Assembly: GCA_949358305.1 (NCBI GenBank)
Contig: OX442314.1
Coordinates: 28,520,001 to 28,584,000 of the forward strand
DNA: 64,000 nt
Source of the DNA: Strigamia acuminata
Taxonomy: Eukaryota
Direction: 5' to 3'
In this document: piece after piece, positions 28,778-41,748 of the stretch
Layout: each line of letters begins with the position of its first letter
Numbering within the stretch: position 1 is the stretch's first letter
The notes under the pieces: generated by a model
The model's database searches: none
Told to the model about the DNA's origin: nothing
The model's input: the letters and a program-made list of their open reading frames with translations, nothing else
Made by a program: the position numbers and the translations under genes

Positions 28778-31214
28778 TCACCAGTTTGTGAATTTTTTAA
28801 ATTCCGTTTTTTCGATTGTTTTTTTCCGTTTCGGCGCGGGTTCCGTATCACTGGTTCGAGATGTCGAAGTACTGAGAAAGGAGAAAAAAATTAAATTTAT
28901 GGATTTTTTTATGTTAAAAACGAATAAATATATTAAATAATATAAGTGTTTACCTCGGTGCCGAATTGATGTATTTGCCGACACCCTTTTTATACGTTTT
29001 TAGCTCATCTTTCCTCGCATCGTCTTCGGATTTCACTTTTTGCTCCACTTGAGCCGCCATTTTCTTTCCCTCTTCTTCTCGGTCTTTCGCCAACTAATTC
29101 AAAGAAAAAAAAGAAAAAAACGATAAACCTTGAAGGATAAATTCCCCAAATTAAAAAAAAAAATACCTGATCTTCGACTTCTTGGAACGGGTCGACAAAA
29201 ACAGTCACTTTTTCAATTTTAATATCGACCTGTAAAGAAAAATAAATAAAAATCTCAAATTTTTCCAAAGAAAAAATACCAAACAAACGAACTTTAGGTT
29301 TATCTTTTCCAGACACTTCGGCCTTTTCCATCGAATCCAACGTATCGAATCCACCAACAACACTAAAAAAAAAATAAAATCAAAATTAAAACCCAAATAA
29401 TTAATAAAAATAAAAAGGAAATCCAAACCTTCCGAAAACCGTGTGTTTTCTATCCAAATGCGGACAAGCCCGATAAGTGAAAAAACTAAAAACAAAAAAT
29501 AAAAATAATAATTACAAATAAAATTTAAAAAACAAAAAAATTATCCGTTACAATTGCGATTTATTAGTGTTGGGTCCCGAATTGGCCATGCTTAAAACGC
29601 CACGTCCGTTATGCTTCAAATTCGTCTTAAATTCGTCTTTAAACGGCCGATTCCAGACGGAATCGCCGCCTTTTCCCGTCCCCGTCGGATCCCCGCCTTG
29701 CACCATAAAATGTCGAATCGAACGATGAAAAATCGAGCCGTCGTAATAACCATTTTGACACAATTTCATGAAATTCTCGCACGTCAGCGGCACCAAATCG
29801 CAATGCAGCTCCAAATTTAACATCCCGAGCGTCGTATGCAACCTTACGTAACCCTTTTTCTTAACTCTCTCGTACCGTACTGCCCTATCCGACAAAACAG
29901 CTGCAAAAAACAAAACAAAAAAATATTTTACAACGTCAAAATGTAAGAAATTCAATTTATATGGTTATACCGTATTCGATTTTCGTTTTGGGTTCCATTA
30001 CGGTCGACGTAAAACCCGCTGCGACCGTTCCCGTCGAATAATGCGCCTAAAATCAAAAATAAAATTTTTTTTTTTGCATTTTGTATTTGATTTTCAATTA
30101 ATTTTACGGCGTTGTATTTATCGGCTATTTTGGTCGGTTCGGGTTCCTTTTTCTCCTCCGGTTTGTACGATTTTTGCAGCTCATCCAATATGGTCGCGGT
30201 TTCCATATTGATCGATTTGAGAAAGTATTTTGGGTCCTTTCGCGCTTTTATTTCATCTGTTAGTTGAATTTCGGTATTAATTACGGTATATTTTTATATT
30301 TCTTGATATTTTTTTTTGTTTTTGACCTTCGTTATCGACCGATAAATTGTTTTTCAAGTAATGGAATTTGGCCAAGTTGAATTTCTCCAAATGTGACGGA
30401 TCTTGCAAGATTATGACGTCGTCTCGGACGAATGGACTGTCGTCGATTAAATCTCGGTAGGTTTTGGGCTTCAAATTCAATTGTTCAACGGCCTAAAATT
30501 TAAGGAATAAAACAATAAAAGAAAAAAAATTCGAATTTTGTGACAAATCGATAAAACCTCGTATGAGAAAACATTGCCGGTCGTTTTAATCGCAACGATG
30601 TGAGAATTATTATTAAAAATCTTGTACAGAACGGGGCAGTGGAATTCCCCTTCGCTATTTTTGTGGAAACTCAAACGAATTAACGATTTCATATCCAATG
30701 GCTGAAAAATATAAATTTTTAATAAATTTTTTTTAATGAAAAATTTCAATTTTGTCAATTTTTACCTTTCCGGTGATGGGATTGGTTGAAAATTTTTTTA
30801 AAAACGGGAGTATATTCCTTGAATTTATAACAAAAAAATATAAATTACTAATAATTAAATTTTAAATGAACTAAATAATATATACATGAAGTCGAATATG
30901 TGTCCTTCGGGTGAACATAGCGGATTTTCGAACGGTTGTAACGATAAACTGCAGTGATCGAACGGTAAACGACGGAAATCGGCTTCACCGACGGGTCGAT
31001 CTAGAAAATAATTTATTTATTCATTTTATTTTATTTTATTTTATTTATTTATTTCTTCATATTTCTTACCTGGTTTTTTGCCTCCGTATAATGTCGTCCA
31101 TTCCGTGCATGTCAGGTACCTATGAATCATTAAAAATGTATTGTATTAAATCTTTAGTGTTGTTCGATATTTGTTTCGTTACATCTTATCCTTCTGATGC
31201 TGTCTTTTCCCCAT
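28778..31214 (-). CDS. PPIL2: RING/U-box-type E3 ligase cyclophilin PPIL2 (Cyp60)
   Basis: Start MGKRQHQKDK; RLPFDHCSL; FHCPVLYKIF; cyclophilin domain VKKKGYVRLHT...FHRSIRHFMVQGGDPTGTG...LSMANSGPNTNKSQ; ends FTNW*. Confidence 0.95.
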
Positions 31215-31854
31215 AGTTATAGTTTAGTGACAAAACCAAAGGATCTATCGCTTGTGTTTACAACATAGAATATCGTTTACAAGACGGAAGACACAATGCG
31301 CCGCGCCGAGGCAGTGAGTGGCATTATATTCGTAATGGCGAGATTTCATATTCTCGATGCCAGCTGAGTGGAGAGGTAAGACCGAGACGAGACCGAGGGC
31401 ACAGTCCGAGGGTAAGACTAAAAAAATTAATTTTTTGTTTTTTGTTAAAAATTTACAATTTTTGTGTCTAAAAAGCCTATTTTTTGTTGAAAACTCTCCG
31501 TTTTTTTTTTGCGTCAAAATAACACACCACCAACTTGAATATGGGCGGAGCCAATCGGCGACTCAACTCCCTGGTGGTGGCGATAGAGATTACACTAGCA
31601 GACAACGTAATATAGTGGTTTTGAATATTTGATGTTATGTGTTATGTTTTGTCAATATTTGCGTGACAATCGCTTAAGATGTAATTTTTCTGAAGAATTT
31701 TTAGGCGAAAAAATAAGCAATTGTTTCCTGCATTCATTTTTGTTTTCATCACTTTAAAAATGTCAAAATTGAGGGGCATTATTACTCTGCCATAAGTATG
31801 AAAAGTGCTATTTTGCACAAGAAAAGTGTCATTTTGCACAATAAAAATTTATTT

Positions 31855-32115
31855 TGCACAATAAAAGTGCCATTATGCACATGAAAAATGTCATATTGCA
31901 CATGAAAAGTGCCATTTTACACATAAAAAGTGCCATTTTACAATAAAATGTGCCATTTTACAATAAAATGTGCCATTTTACAATAAAATGTGCCATTTTA
32001 CAATAAAATGTGCCATTTTACAATAAAATGTGCCATTTTACAATAAAATGTGCCATTTTACAATAAAATGTGCCATTTTACAATAAAATGTGCCATTTTA
32101 CACATGAAAAGTGCC
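31855..32115. repeat. 20-bp minisatellite (TGCCATTTTACAATAAAATG)n
   Basis: About 8 perfect units from 31931 to 32090, plus degenerate flanking units. Confidence 0.92.
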
Positions 32116-32173
32116 GTATTGCACACCTAGATACATACAGACAGAGGTAATTATTAATTTTGGGGATTGGAGA

Positions 32174-35100
32174 TTACTTTTTACATGTTACAAACAACAA
32201 TGCAATGCCATTCTGTAATAGCTCCGGTATTACCAGCAACGACAAGCCAAAAAACAAGCCAAAACTATTTCCCACATCACAGAACAGAGCGTTTAGGCTG
32301 TATACATAATGTTCTTCAAATTTCTCTATTAAATTATTTACGGGCATAATTGCAGCAACTGACACAATACTTGTGTTAGGTTGTTGAAAATAAACACGTG
32401 TTTGGTATATATTCTCTGTGCAGGAAGGTTGACAGTAACATTCTTTCTTTATGTCGGTCTTCAGAGATAAATGAATAAACGTGGACAAAGCTTCTTTGGC
32501 TTCTTCGGCAGAGCTGCATGCGTTGGTCAAATTGTTCTCGGTGAAAGGTAATCTAGTTGAATACAGATTTTTAGTCATTTAGTAATTAGATGAATGTTTC
32601 AATTTCAATGAACTTTGGCATGAGATGAGTGACTTACTTGCACTTGATTGATTGAAATTTACTTCGAAAGCATTCGTTTCGGCATCGGACATGCTCTTCT
32701 CGTGCGATGCAGGCACGTGATTTTAAATTAAGTGATATTTTCTGCAGCAATTAAAAATATAACATAAATCAATAAGTTTTCTCGAGCCTAAAATAATTGC
32801 AATTTTATGACTGCATCATGGAAGTAGTAAAATTACTTTTCTTTTCTGTATTCAAGTGATGTAATACGTTGAGTTTTTCTTACCGGCAATTTTAAAGTAA
32901 AAATACAAAAAACCCAAAACATCTATAGTACTATACTCTAGTTCAATCAAAAAGAGTCCTTCCTCTCATTGGCTGAGCCTCATTACTCCTAACTCTAAAC
33001 CACAGTATAGACTGTATAGACTGGGGTTGCACCGAATACCATAAAGGCCGAATACCGAATATTCGGTATTCGGCCGAATAACCGAATAAAAATTTAAAAA
33101 ACAAATCTACATTGTCAAAAGCGATTTCCAAGCCAATTAAAGCAATCCCCAGGTTAAACATGCTATTTTCATGCCGAAAACCCAATTCCCACTGTTGAAA
33201 AAAGCAATTACCACATCAAAAAACCAATTTTTGCAACCAAAAAAGCAAACGCCATGTTTCACGTCAAAAATGCAGTTTTCACAAAAAAATTGTAAGTTTT
33301 TCAGTCGAAATGCAATTTTTATCTAAAAATGTAAAGTTATCTGGTAAAATGCATTTTATAAGATGAAAATTATTAGTACACTCACACCTAAGAAGACAAC
33401 TGTCTAGGAGAAAGCACTCTTTTGGATTGAACAAGAAAGGATCACAAAAGGATACTGCATGGTACATTGTACGGGCTTCGCATTCAATTTCAAAATGGCC
33501 ACCACATAAGTTAGATAAGGGACAAATAAACTTCCAATTTCTCTAATGCTTGCAGATGAAGCATCCATAACCAAAACTAAGCAAATTTTCTAATTTCACT
33601 ACAATGCATACATACATTAACAAATGTAAATTGCAATATTGAAGAAGTAGACTGCATGAGGTTCCGCTGACTCGTAAGAATAGATTCTATCTTCGCTCCA
33701 GATGGCCGCACATACAACTGAGGAGATAAAAATATCGATCAGTTTCAAATCTCAACAAACATCAGAAAATGTTGACAGAGATGCTAATAAACAGTGCACG
33801 TGCACCTACCTGCCACAAGCCATGAGAACATGTGATGTCTTTATTTTTTACAAAGCTTAACAAAACTGTTGATCCGGATCCAGCAAACTTCATTGGCTCT
33901 AAAATGAATTAATAACTCACGTAATTTTAATTTTGATTTTTATTTAAATTGTTCTAGTATACTTAGTTCGAACTCGTTGCATATTCCCGAATGCATGTTT
34001 ATATCATCCTTACTGAAGGTATCGTCTTTTTTCCTTAACCCAGCTCCCTGGTGTAAAAGATTAAATAATTTAACGTCAAAAATAAACGAGACAACAAGAA
34101 AAAAGAACTACTTTCAGTACTGCATTCACGGCGTATTCATCAAATCTCGGTTTCTGGTCTTTCCAAACCTTTTCGAGTGATGGTTTTCTATCACTCTTCA
34201 TTAGATCAATAAAATGAACTTCGCACTGGTGTTTTTTAATCTGCTCTGCATATTTTTTCGTGTACGCTGCCGTTAAAAGGCCTTCAGTGCAGGCAATTAC
34301 ATTAGGCATGTAAATTGTGTCGTTTTCGTGAACTGTAACGACTGTTTTGGTCGGTTCGCTGCAGTAAAACTGGATTTTAGTTGCGACGACATACGATGCA
34401 ATGACAGCACCTGCAAACAGAACGGTGTATTGCACGTAACGAGTGGTTTTTGATTTATACGCAATAATTTTGTTGGTTTTTCTCTCCAGCTTTCCGTGAA
34501 TCTTCACTATTTTGCTCGCAATTCTTTTCGTCGACGGCCTTTTTTTAAGGTTTTCAAATAGCCGCTTAGCAAGCCATCGAATTACAGCCAATAAGGACAA
34601 CAAGGACAAGCCCAATGCAAATCCCAAATTTCCACCAAAGTCCACCAAAAGTGCAATTTTGTCGTAGACATATTTTTCAGTCAGGACGACGTATGTCGCA
34701 TCAGTTTGCTTCAGTTTGGTAATTACTATATTTTCATCCGTTAATTTCTCCACAACGAGGTGGTAATGATATGCGTTTTTTGAACAGGGTCGCAAGCAAC
34801 CACAATCTAATGTTGCCAGTGTGGATAATTCCTGTTTGTACGCAGCCTCGTGAGTTTTAGATACAATGGCCTTATTTTTCACGGTACTGCAATCACGAAC
34901 TGCATCGTTAAAAGGCATGTAGGGTAATCTGAAATTTAAAGACATATTTAAAGTCAATAAACTCAATATTGATTGAAAAACAGATAGGCACTTCCTCTTT
35001 TTTCTGATTTTCTTTACTTAATGACAATTTTTTAACGTGATTATGATTACTTGTTGGTATACAGAGTAATACACGATTAAGAAAATGTTGACTAACCGAC

Positions 35101-36641
35101 ATTCCGGCTTTAGGATTCTAGCCAAACAATCTTCGTAACATTTGATGTTTAGCTCTTCGTCTGGGCTGCAAAACGGGTAGTTTGATGGTAAAAAATTGTA
35201 CTGGAAATGAATAATTATTTCAATACGTTTATACCGGTAGGGACATTTAAACCAAAATCTGGTGATCCTGTTTATATCTCACTTGTATGATGAAATACCA
35301 AAAAGCACTTACCTGTCGTAAATGAAAATCCACAAACAACACGTTACCAACTTGTGTTGGTATTGCATATCCATATGGTTGCAAAGGATTTATAATAGCA
35401 ATCTATTATGGAGATAATTTAAAATTTAAAGATATGGTATACTATTAAATAAATGACTACAGTTTTGTCAACGGAGGGAGTTAGTGGGTGTTATTACTCG
35501 TTTCATTCCACCCTGTAATCACCAGAAAAAAAAAACAGTTTTTTCACACAAGAGAAACAGACGGAGCATGCATGAGAAGCGAGTTTTGCAAAGCATTATC
35601 GTCTGATTTGTAAGTATGCCATCTTGGGGTTCAACCCCAAACATAAGGTTTGGCAAATTCTCCATTGGGATTGGATTTCTGATCAGGTCAGTGGAATGAA
35701 TGGACTCTAGTGATCTGACTAATCTGTTTAGAAAAGAGTCAATAAGATAAAAAGTAATAATACGGTTATAAGTGGAGTTCTGCAGTTTCCATTTCGACGT
35801 AAACTAAATTCGACTGAGGATCCTTCACTCATGGATAAACCTAAACCAAAATGGAATGATTTAAATAAAAAAAAATGTACTCTACTTGAACAGATATTGC
35901 TTACTAGTCGTCAATACTAAGGTAGCTCCTGTGCTCGTGTCCTTTTCACTAATTTCTACATTGGAATCAGATGCTATCAAAACACTGCCATTACGACGCA
36001 CTTGAGACAGAATTTTGTTGTACTGCAACAATAATCAACTCTGTTAATCAAATAATCAAATTACAATTGAAATAAAATCTATTTCTATTCTACATCAATC
36101 ACATCGATAAAATATAATTTTCTTAGCTTACTTTTTTAACTCTTACAAGCTCAACATTTCCCATTAAACTCGAATCGCTCCACAGCCGAGTGTAGTTGTT
36201 AATGTCGGTATTTAAATTGATTAGTCCTCTCACTGCACTTCCACAATGTTTAAATTCCGAATTGCTGTCACCTTCAAAATATAGTGGCCACAAAGCGGTC
36301 AAAGCTGCAGTGTCGAACCCTGTTGCAGAGAAACCGAGTATTTTTAAGTGTGTTGTCTCTTTAAATTCAATGTTAACTTCAACCGGTCCAGACATGTAAT
36401 AGCGTAGTCTGTCATACGTTTGGTAACAGCAAATGCCCGAGCAAAAACCGACTGCAATCAGCCACAGAATTCGAACAGAAAGTGATCTTCGTTTGTCCAA
36501 AATCTTGTTGAGTATCGGTAGGGAATTCTTCTCGATTGAATTTGCAATTTGTTCTTTACATAAATACCTAATGCGATGTTTTCGTTTGTTGACTTTTCGA
36601 TTTCTCGCGAGTGCCATACTGCGAGTGTAGTTGTTGTCCAT
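32174..36641 (-). CDS. DEG/ENaC (ASIC/pickpocket-like) channel with two tandem channel domains
   Basis: Domain 1: TM1 RILWLIAVGFCSGICCYQTYDRLRYYMSGPV, Cys-rich thumb (KCYEDC...EC|RLPY...CGCLRPC), TM2 LLVDFGGNLGFALGLSLLSLL. In the same ORF (34076-34966) follows a second TM1, RYVQYTVLFAGAVIASYVV...YCSEPTKT...MPNVIAC. Later exons give a second thumb (CRNEC...KC|RLPF...CYCQPSC) and TM2 LFCDVGNSFGLFFGLSLL. Confidence 0.85.
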
Positions 36642-37170
36642 TTACGCACACTGAAAATGTATTTTAAAAAACTCAATAACGTTTTTCAATTTATTTTCAG
36701 AGCAAGCCGCACTATATAATTATCACTGACGTGACGAGGCCTAATTTAAATTTAAATTAAATAATAAAATAAAAAAAATTATTAATATATATAATTATTA
36801 TTTTTAACGTTTTTCACAGAGAAAATTGTTAATTGAATTTTTAATTTGAAATGTTTAGGAAAAGTCGATCACTAACTAAATTTTCTACTTGCAATGTCGC
36901 TAAAATTAAGTGACTTGATGTAACCGGTTTTTGGTCACGTGCAACCAAGTTCCCGAATGGCCTGCAAATCTTGATAAGATGAAGCTTTTTAAGATTTCGA
37001 TAAGCACCCCCTTATGCTTCACTGCAGCATAATCTGAAATTATATCAAAGAGACAAACACTTGTTGTGATCCGGGAATTTATTTGAATAAATACTTACCT
37101 TTTATCCAAATAACTCACAATCGAGATGCCTCTGTGGGGTTTAAACTCTAATAGCCTGTAAAAATGTGTC

Positions 37171-37424
37171 TATACTCTGGCCATGTGTAAGTTTGGCCTA
37201 ACTCCGAGCCTTTTCTCTGGTGTAGTGATACAAGAAAATAGATCCAAACACCAGGATTACTGGTATCCATTTTGTTTCAGACTTAACAATCAATAATAAA
37301 TTTCAAAATTGTTTTGGTTTCTGGAAGAAGCAAGCAATAAACTATGAACTATTTTTCCTGGTGGCAGCACAGAGTGAGTTATGAGGCTCGGAGTTAGGCC
37401 AAACTTACACATGGCCAGAGTATA
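37171..37424. mobile_element. Tc1/mariner-type MITE with 40-bp perfect TIRs and TA flanks
   Basis: TATACTCTGGCCATGTGTAAGTTTGGCCTAACTCCGAGCC (37171-37210) is the exact reverse complement of 37385-37424. Confidence 0.85.
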
Positions 37425-38033
37425 GGGGTGTTGAAAAATAAGGAATACAGTTTTGATTGAACAAAAATAGTAAATTGTGCTTTATTTGTGGAAATTACAA
37501 ATGATTTAGAAAATATAATATATTATTACTAAAATATTAGAGGTTAAATTTAAGACTAAAAAAGGAAGAATTAGAAATGAAATGTGAAACGATGTTTGTT
37601 GCACACAAAATGGCGAGGCGGACTCGCCTGGAAAAATTTCCCTGCACGTACAATGGCAGCGACCGCAAGCTCCGGAGGGACTCCGCGGTGGCTTACAGTC
37701 GTTTACGATGGTACACGGCAAGTGTGGGTGCTGTGACAGTAACGGTGAGTCCTAGATAGTTCAACGGGACTCACGATAACCGACAGTGAGCGGTCTCTTG
37801 GGCGTTACTCGAGATTTGTACAAGTACGTGTAGCAGACAGTGACTGTTACACACGAGCGCAAATGGAAAATCAGTGGAAACAGCAAAGTCTCAACTCACC
37901 AAACGGTACACTATCAATACTTGAAGTTCTGGGAGATTCAAAGCAGTGATGTTGTGTGTTGTTGGTGTGAAGTCAAGAGTGAGCAAAACCGCCAAACTTT
38001 GGGGTTTTATTCACTCTCTGGTCCTGCGCACTA

Positions 38034-39061
38034 ACAAGGGGAGAGCACCAATAAGCTATCACAGATTGTTGTAATATTAAACAAGAAGGATTGTTATATC
38101 ATGCTGAATGAGACCCTAAAATAATTTCATTCCATAAACAGCCAACAATGCAAACAATGAGCTGAAAGTTGGCACTATTTTGTCTGTGTATACATCAAAT
38201 CTGAGCAATCAGGCCTAGTGTATGAATACTGTAAACAACAGTTGCTAGGTAAAAAATAGTTCCAAGATCCAAGTTCAATTTTACCATTTGAGATTCAATG
38301 ATGTCATTTCCTCTTTTGATATCACATGACATATGACATCAGAACTTTGTTCAACAACATGACTGTCTTCATGAAGACAATAATAGTTTGTAGTGGTGGT
38401 TCAGTGGTTAAGGCAATGGACCAGGAATCTTTCCACACAGGTTCAAATCCTGTTGGGTGTGAAAATTTTTACATTTATTTTTTGTTAAATTTTAGCAGTT
38501 ATTTTAATTTTTGTAATTTTATATTTGTTAAAAAATTAAAATTAACCAAATTAAAATTTTCTGAAAACAAATATAAAATTACAAACATTAAAATAACTGC
38601 TAAAATTTAACAAAAAATAAATGTAAAAATTTTCACACCCAACAGGATTTGAACCTGTGTGGAAAGATTCCTGGTCCATTGCCTTAACCACTGAACCACC
38701 ACTACAAACTATTATTGTCTTCATGAAGACAGTCATGTTGTTGAACAAAGTTCTGATGTCATATGTCATGTGATATCAAAAGAGGAAATGACATCATTGA
38801 ATCTCAAATGGTAAAATTGAACTTGGATCTTGGAACTATTTTTTACCTAGCAACTGTTGTTTACAGTATTCATACACTAGGCCTGATTGCTCAGATTTGA
38901 TGTATACACAGACAAAATAGTGCCAACTTTCAGCTCATTGTTTGCATTGTTGGCTGTTTATGGAATGAAATTATTTTAGGGTCTCATTCAGCATGATATA
39001 ACAATCCTTCTTGTTTAATATTACAACAATCTGTGATAGCTTATTAGTGCTCTCCCCTTGT
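38034..39061. repeat. Long near-perfect inverted repeat (fold-back; ~496-bp arms, ~36-bp spacer)
   Basis: 38034-38529 is the reverse complement of 38566-39061, with about 2 mismatches seen; mirrored ORFs 38326+ and 38769- have identical N-termini. Confidence 0.95.
38390..38460 (+). other. tRNA-derived (SINE-head-like) Pol III promoter in the palindrome arm; mirrored copy at 38635-38705 (-)
   Basis: A-box TGGTTCAGTGG and B-box GGTTCAAATCC at tRNA-like spacing, but no closing acceptor stem. Confidence 0.6.
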
Positions 39062-39425
39062 GAGTATAATTAGTCTATACCAGGGGTCGGCAACCTTTTG
39101 AGACAGAAGAGCCAAAAGTTAAAATTTACATAATTTTCAGTTTTTAAAGAGCCATAAACGCTCGGGCGTTTAATTTTTTTTTTCAGCAGCTTCCCCGGCG
39201 CCAATTTGAAACCCGGCGCTAAATTGAACCAGCGCATAACCAAAAATTCGTCAATTTTTCGCAAATATGGCGATTTTTCGGCAAAAATCATCAATTTTTT
39301 ACAAAAAAATCGGTAATTTTTGGGTCCCTGCACCAATTCATTGAACCGCCGATGACTGCCCGACGCTAAAACGGGGCCGGCGCTTTATTGAACCCGGGCG
39401 TTTAAACGGGGCGGTACGGTGTATT

Positions 39426-39569
39426 ACTTTAGCGACGCCGTGTTTCAGCTGCTTAGATTCAGCTAGGTTAGTTCAGGTCAGGTTAGGTTAGTTTGTTTAG
39501 GTTAGGTCAGGTCAGGTTACGTTTAATTAGATTAAAAAACGGCGTCGCTAAAACGGGCGTCGCTAAAGT
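39426..39569. mobile_element. Small MITE with internal (AGGTT/AGGTC)n repeats
   Basis: TIR ACTTTAGCGACGCC / GGCGTCGCTAAAGT. Confidence 0.65.
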
Positions 39570-39872
39570 GAAGTACATTCTTCCAGTTATATGAATGTAC
39601 GCCTAACTTTGTACTGTGTTCTACTACGTGGAAAAGTAGTTCTGTGTCAAAGCATCACCTTTGACAATGTTGGTATTCGAGCACAATGTCTGGAGTTCGA
39701 TTACACTTCTGGTGTTTTGGACTACTTTTTTGTGCCACTACACCAGTGAAATAGATCAACGTTGGAGTGGTTTTGAGTATAGAACTGTTCTTAAAAAAAT
39801 TATCTCTTACTGAAAAGTTTTGAGAAAAAAAGGTTTGAAATATTGGTCTACTCAGCTTTGTAACCTAAAACT

Positions 39873-40916
39873 TGTCACGTCGTAGTCGACTTTTTAACAA
39901 TGGTTTCGGAAATTTGAGAATTTCCAGGGATTGTAATAACCAGAAAATTTAGGTTCGCAGGCGCTGCAACTCTTAAAACTTTGCCGGGGGTGGTAGCTAG
40001 GTTAAGACAGCGTCTATTCGTGAAATCTGTATTTTTATGGGTGCAGGATTCAATTCGGGCGCCGTACAAAATGGCGAACGTTGATACTTCGAATTTAAGA
40101 CCAAAATATCGCTCTTCACTAGGGAAAATGTCGTCATATGCTAGGCGTACTTACGAAGAGTATATTTCTTCTTTTGGACACGCGCAAACGTTGGGTGAAC
40201 GCGCAAACAGGTACCAAACCGCAGACAACGTCGTCGAACCGTCGATAATGAAATGAATACGCAATTGAGACGAGTATGAGTTCAAAATGTCTAGGCTGAG
40301 GAGGAAGTCACAGTCGTGGCATAAAATGTATTGACGAATTAAGACCGTCGAATACGCCGCTTTTCCAGTAATTTGTACGCAAATAATGGGCAAATAATAA
40401 AGGTTGTGGTTAGATAGCCAACCATGAGAATTCGGGCTGCATAATGACCGTATGCGTTGAGACGCAACATAAATCGCACTTGGAAATCTTCCTAGTTAAG
40501 ACAGGAGATGTTGACTAGTCGAAGGCGAAAATTATTCTCTCTGTCGAAAATGTCTTGACAGAACAAGTCACCTCTGATCACATGTCAAAGGCCAAGTCAA
40601 TTCCCAATGCGGACCGAGCAGAAAACAGGCGATCAGGGGTGAAATATGCAAATTTAGAGCGCGATTATATCAACTTATTGCAGAATTCTCATGAATTGTC
40701 TGGATGGGGTGATTAAAACCAGGCCAAATTAAAGATAAACATCAAAAATAAGGAAAATAATATAAAGTAAAATAATAAATTTGGATTTGGGAAAAACAAA
40801 ATAATTAAAGGAAACTGGAACAATTTCTCAATAATATTGGGAAAAATTTAAAGGAAAGGCGCAAAATGCGCTTAAAATTTTGAAAATTATTACTGTCTAA
40901 AGTCAGGACCGTGACA
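39873..40916 (-). repeat. 3' LTR of element 1 (1044 bp)
   Basis: TGTCACG...CGTGACA; differs from 52457-53486 by about 5 substitutions and a 14-bp indel; adjacent minus-strand PPT AGGTGGGGGGGAA at ~40917-40929. Confidence 0.97.
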
Positions 40917-41748
40917 TTCCCCCCCACCTAGATGTTTATTATATGGTTTTTATATAATCAACATCTAAATGGAGTCAACAACATGATTGATAAAAATTTG
41001 AACATATAGATAAATAAAAATAATGAATCAACAATAGCAATCTCACTTATGAACACATAACAAAGGTAGGGATTTAGACAGACAGACGCAACAGACGCAC
41101 AACTTGGCGCAATTACAGACAAGAACAAACAAACACAAACAAATGGGTTTAGGAGAGGAATATTGTAAAAAATCGTTTGATTAAAAATTAATAGAATCAA
41201 TAGACGTTTAGGCGCTAATTACGACTAAATTCTAAATAAAATAATAAAATTTGTTAAATTATTTGATAACACTTGAAATTAACAATGGTATTTTTCGTTA
41301 TGACTAGAAAATAAAATAATTTAAGATTAATTAACAATGCCTATGGGTGACAAAATTTCTATAAAAATGTAGATTATTAGCAAACAAAAATATTGATTAG
41401 GCGCTGATTTGGCGTCAATTATCACAATATAAGGATAGCAAAATTTCAATGATCACAAATGGTTAATAAAAAATGATTGGCAAAAATGATTAGCAAAATA
41501 TAAATATCAAAAAATAAAAAGTTCGCAAACGAATATTATCTTCTTTCGTAGGCGTTTGAATTTTCACGGAACTTAACGTAAAATCTTCATAGAGGCGCAC
41601 AACAATCACATTTTAAACAATTATAACACTTATTGTTTGTATCACAATTATCACAATAAAGTCCACACACATAACAGTTCGTATATGGGTCTCAGGAGGC
41701 GCAAAGTCACTTTATAGGTTTTCGAAGTCAATTTTAGGGATCTTAATT

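Noticed and set aside
31855..32115. CRISPR-like array (also 9290-9545 and 47460-47625)
   Set aside because: Head-to-tail repeats without unique spacers, or MITE subterminal repeats; eukaryotic context with no cas genes.
38390..38460. Functional tRNA gene
   Set aside because: A and B boxes are present but the acceptor and anticodon stems do not pair properly; treated as a tRNA-derived repeat.
39981..40256. 91-aa ORF repeated at 52565-52840
   Set aside because: Duplicated only because it lies in the LTRs; non-ATG start and no recognisable motif.
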